DNA of 61,333 nt, filler included. It is 7 parts of 7 records of this genome, joined end to end, with 100 filler letters (N's around TTAATTAATTAA, not from the genome) between each part and the next. Parts side by side here need not be neighbours in the genome. Positions count along the whole stretch, not along the records: positions 45,753 to 61,333 come from SRR31147125_16449; 6 more parts are not named here. One strand, given 5' to 3'. Position numbers and translations under genes: made by a program. The notes beneath the pieces are model-generated. The model ran no database searches and was not told the origin of the DNA. It saw only the letters and a program-made list of their open reading frames with translations. Below, in pieces: positions 61,305 to 61,333 of this stretch (the first letter of the stretch is position 1; each line of letters starts with the position of its first letter).

Positions 61305-61333
61305 TGGATCCCGGATCGGGGTCCGGGATGACA
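61305..61333. repeat. REP-like half element
   Basis: CTGGATCCCGGA-TCGGGG-TCCGGGATGACA with the same ATGACA terminus as the other elements. Confidence 0.65.

Noticed and set aside
1-61333. CRISPR array, tRNA, rRNA, transposase, prophage or defence genes
   Set aside because: No regularly spaced repeats or diagnostic motifs seen by eye. Short ncRNAs could still be missed without a covariance search.

Overview
The window is not one locus. It is seven unrelated bacterial contigs (1-6906, 7007-19262, 19363-27756, 27857-34229, 34330-39337, 39438-45652, 45753-61333) joined by artificial 100-nt N44-TTAATTAATTAA-N44 spacers, so synteny must not be read across spacers. C1 (GC-rich, Desulfobacterota-like): azlC, yigZ, YIP1, Na+:solute symporter plus small partner, divergent from cobO, a CaiB/AMACR-like CoA-transferase and a GAF/HD-GYP protein. 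C2: exported Gfo/Idh/MocA-ThuA-TIM-barrel-sulfatase cluster, a membrane pyrophosphatase with Na+,H+-PPase signature residues, a duplicated-domain unknown protein, a DHODH-like protein, AMP nucleosidase and a radical SAM/SPASM enzyme. C3 (AT-rich, Clostridia-like): AraC-type regulator, YtfQRT/YjfF-like sugar ABC transporter, gnd, zwf. C4: aminotransferase and a FecI/FecR/TonB-dependent transducer cassette broken by homopolymer frameshifts. C5: Zur-ZnuACB-permease with a clear operator, and a GH42 fragment. C6: two paralogous GH28 genes flanking a FemAB/GNAT gene. C7 (AT-rich, deltaproteobacteria-like): ctpA, murI, tolQRAB without pal, and a tightly coupled six-gene envelope operon (TPR/PEGA protein, lipoprotein, TSP3/beta-helix lipoprotein, Pal-like protein, tail-fibre-like protein, PEGA Ser/Thr kinase). 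That operon is the best candidate for an undescribed system. I found no rRNA, tRNA, CRISPR array or transposase. All protein and taxon calls come from motif recognition by eye, not database searches.
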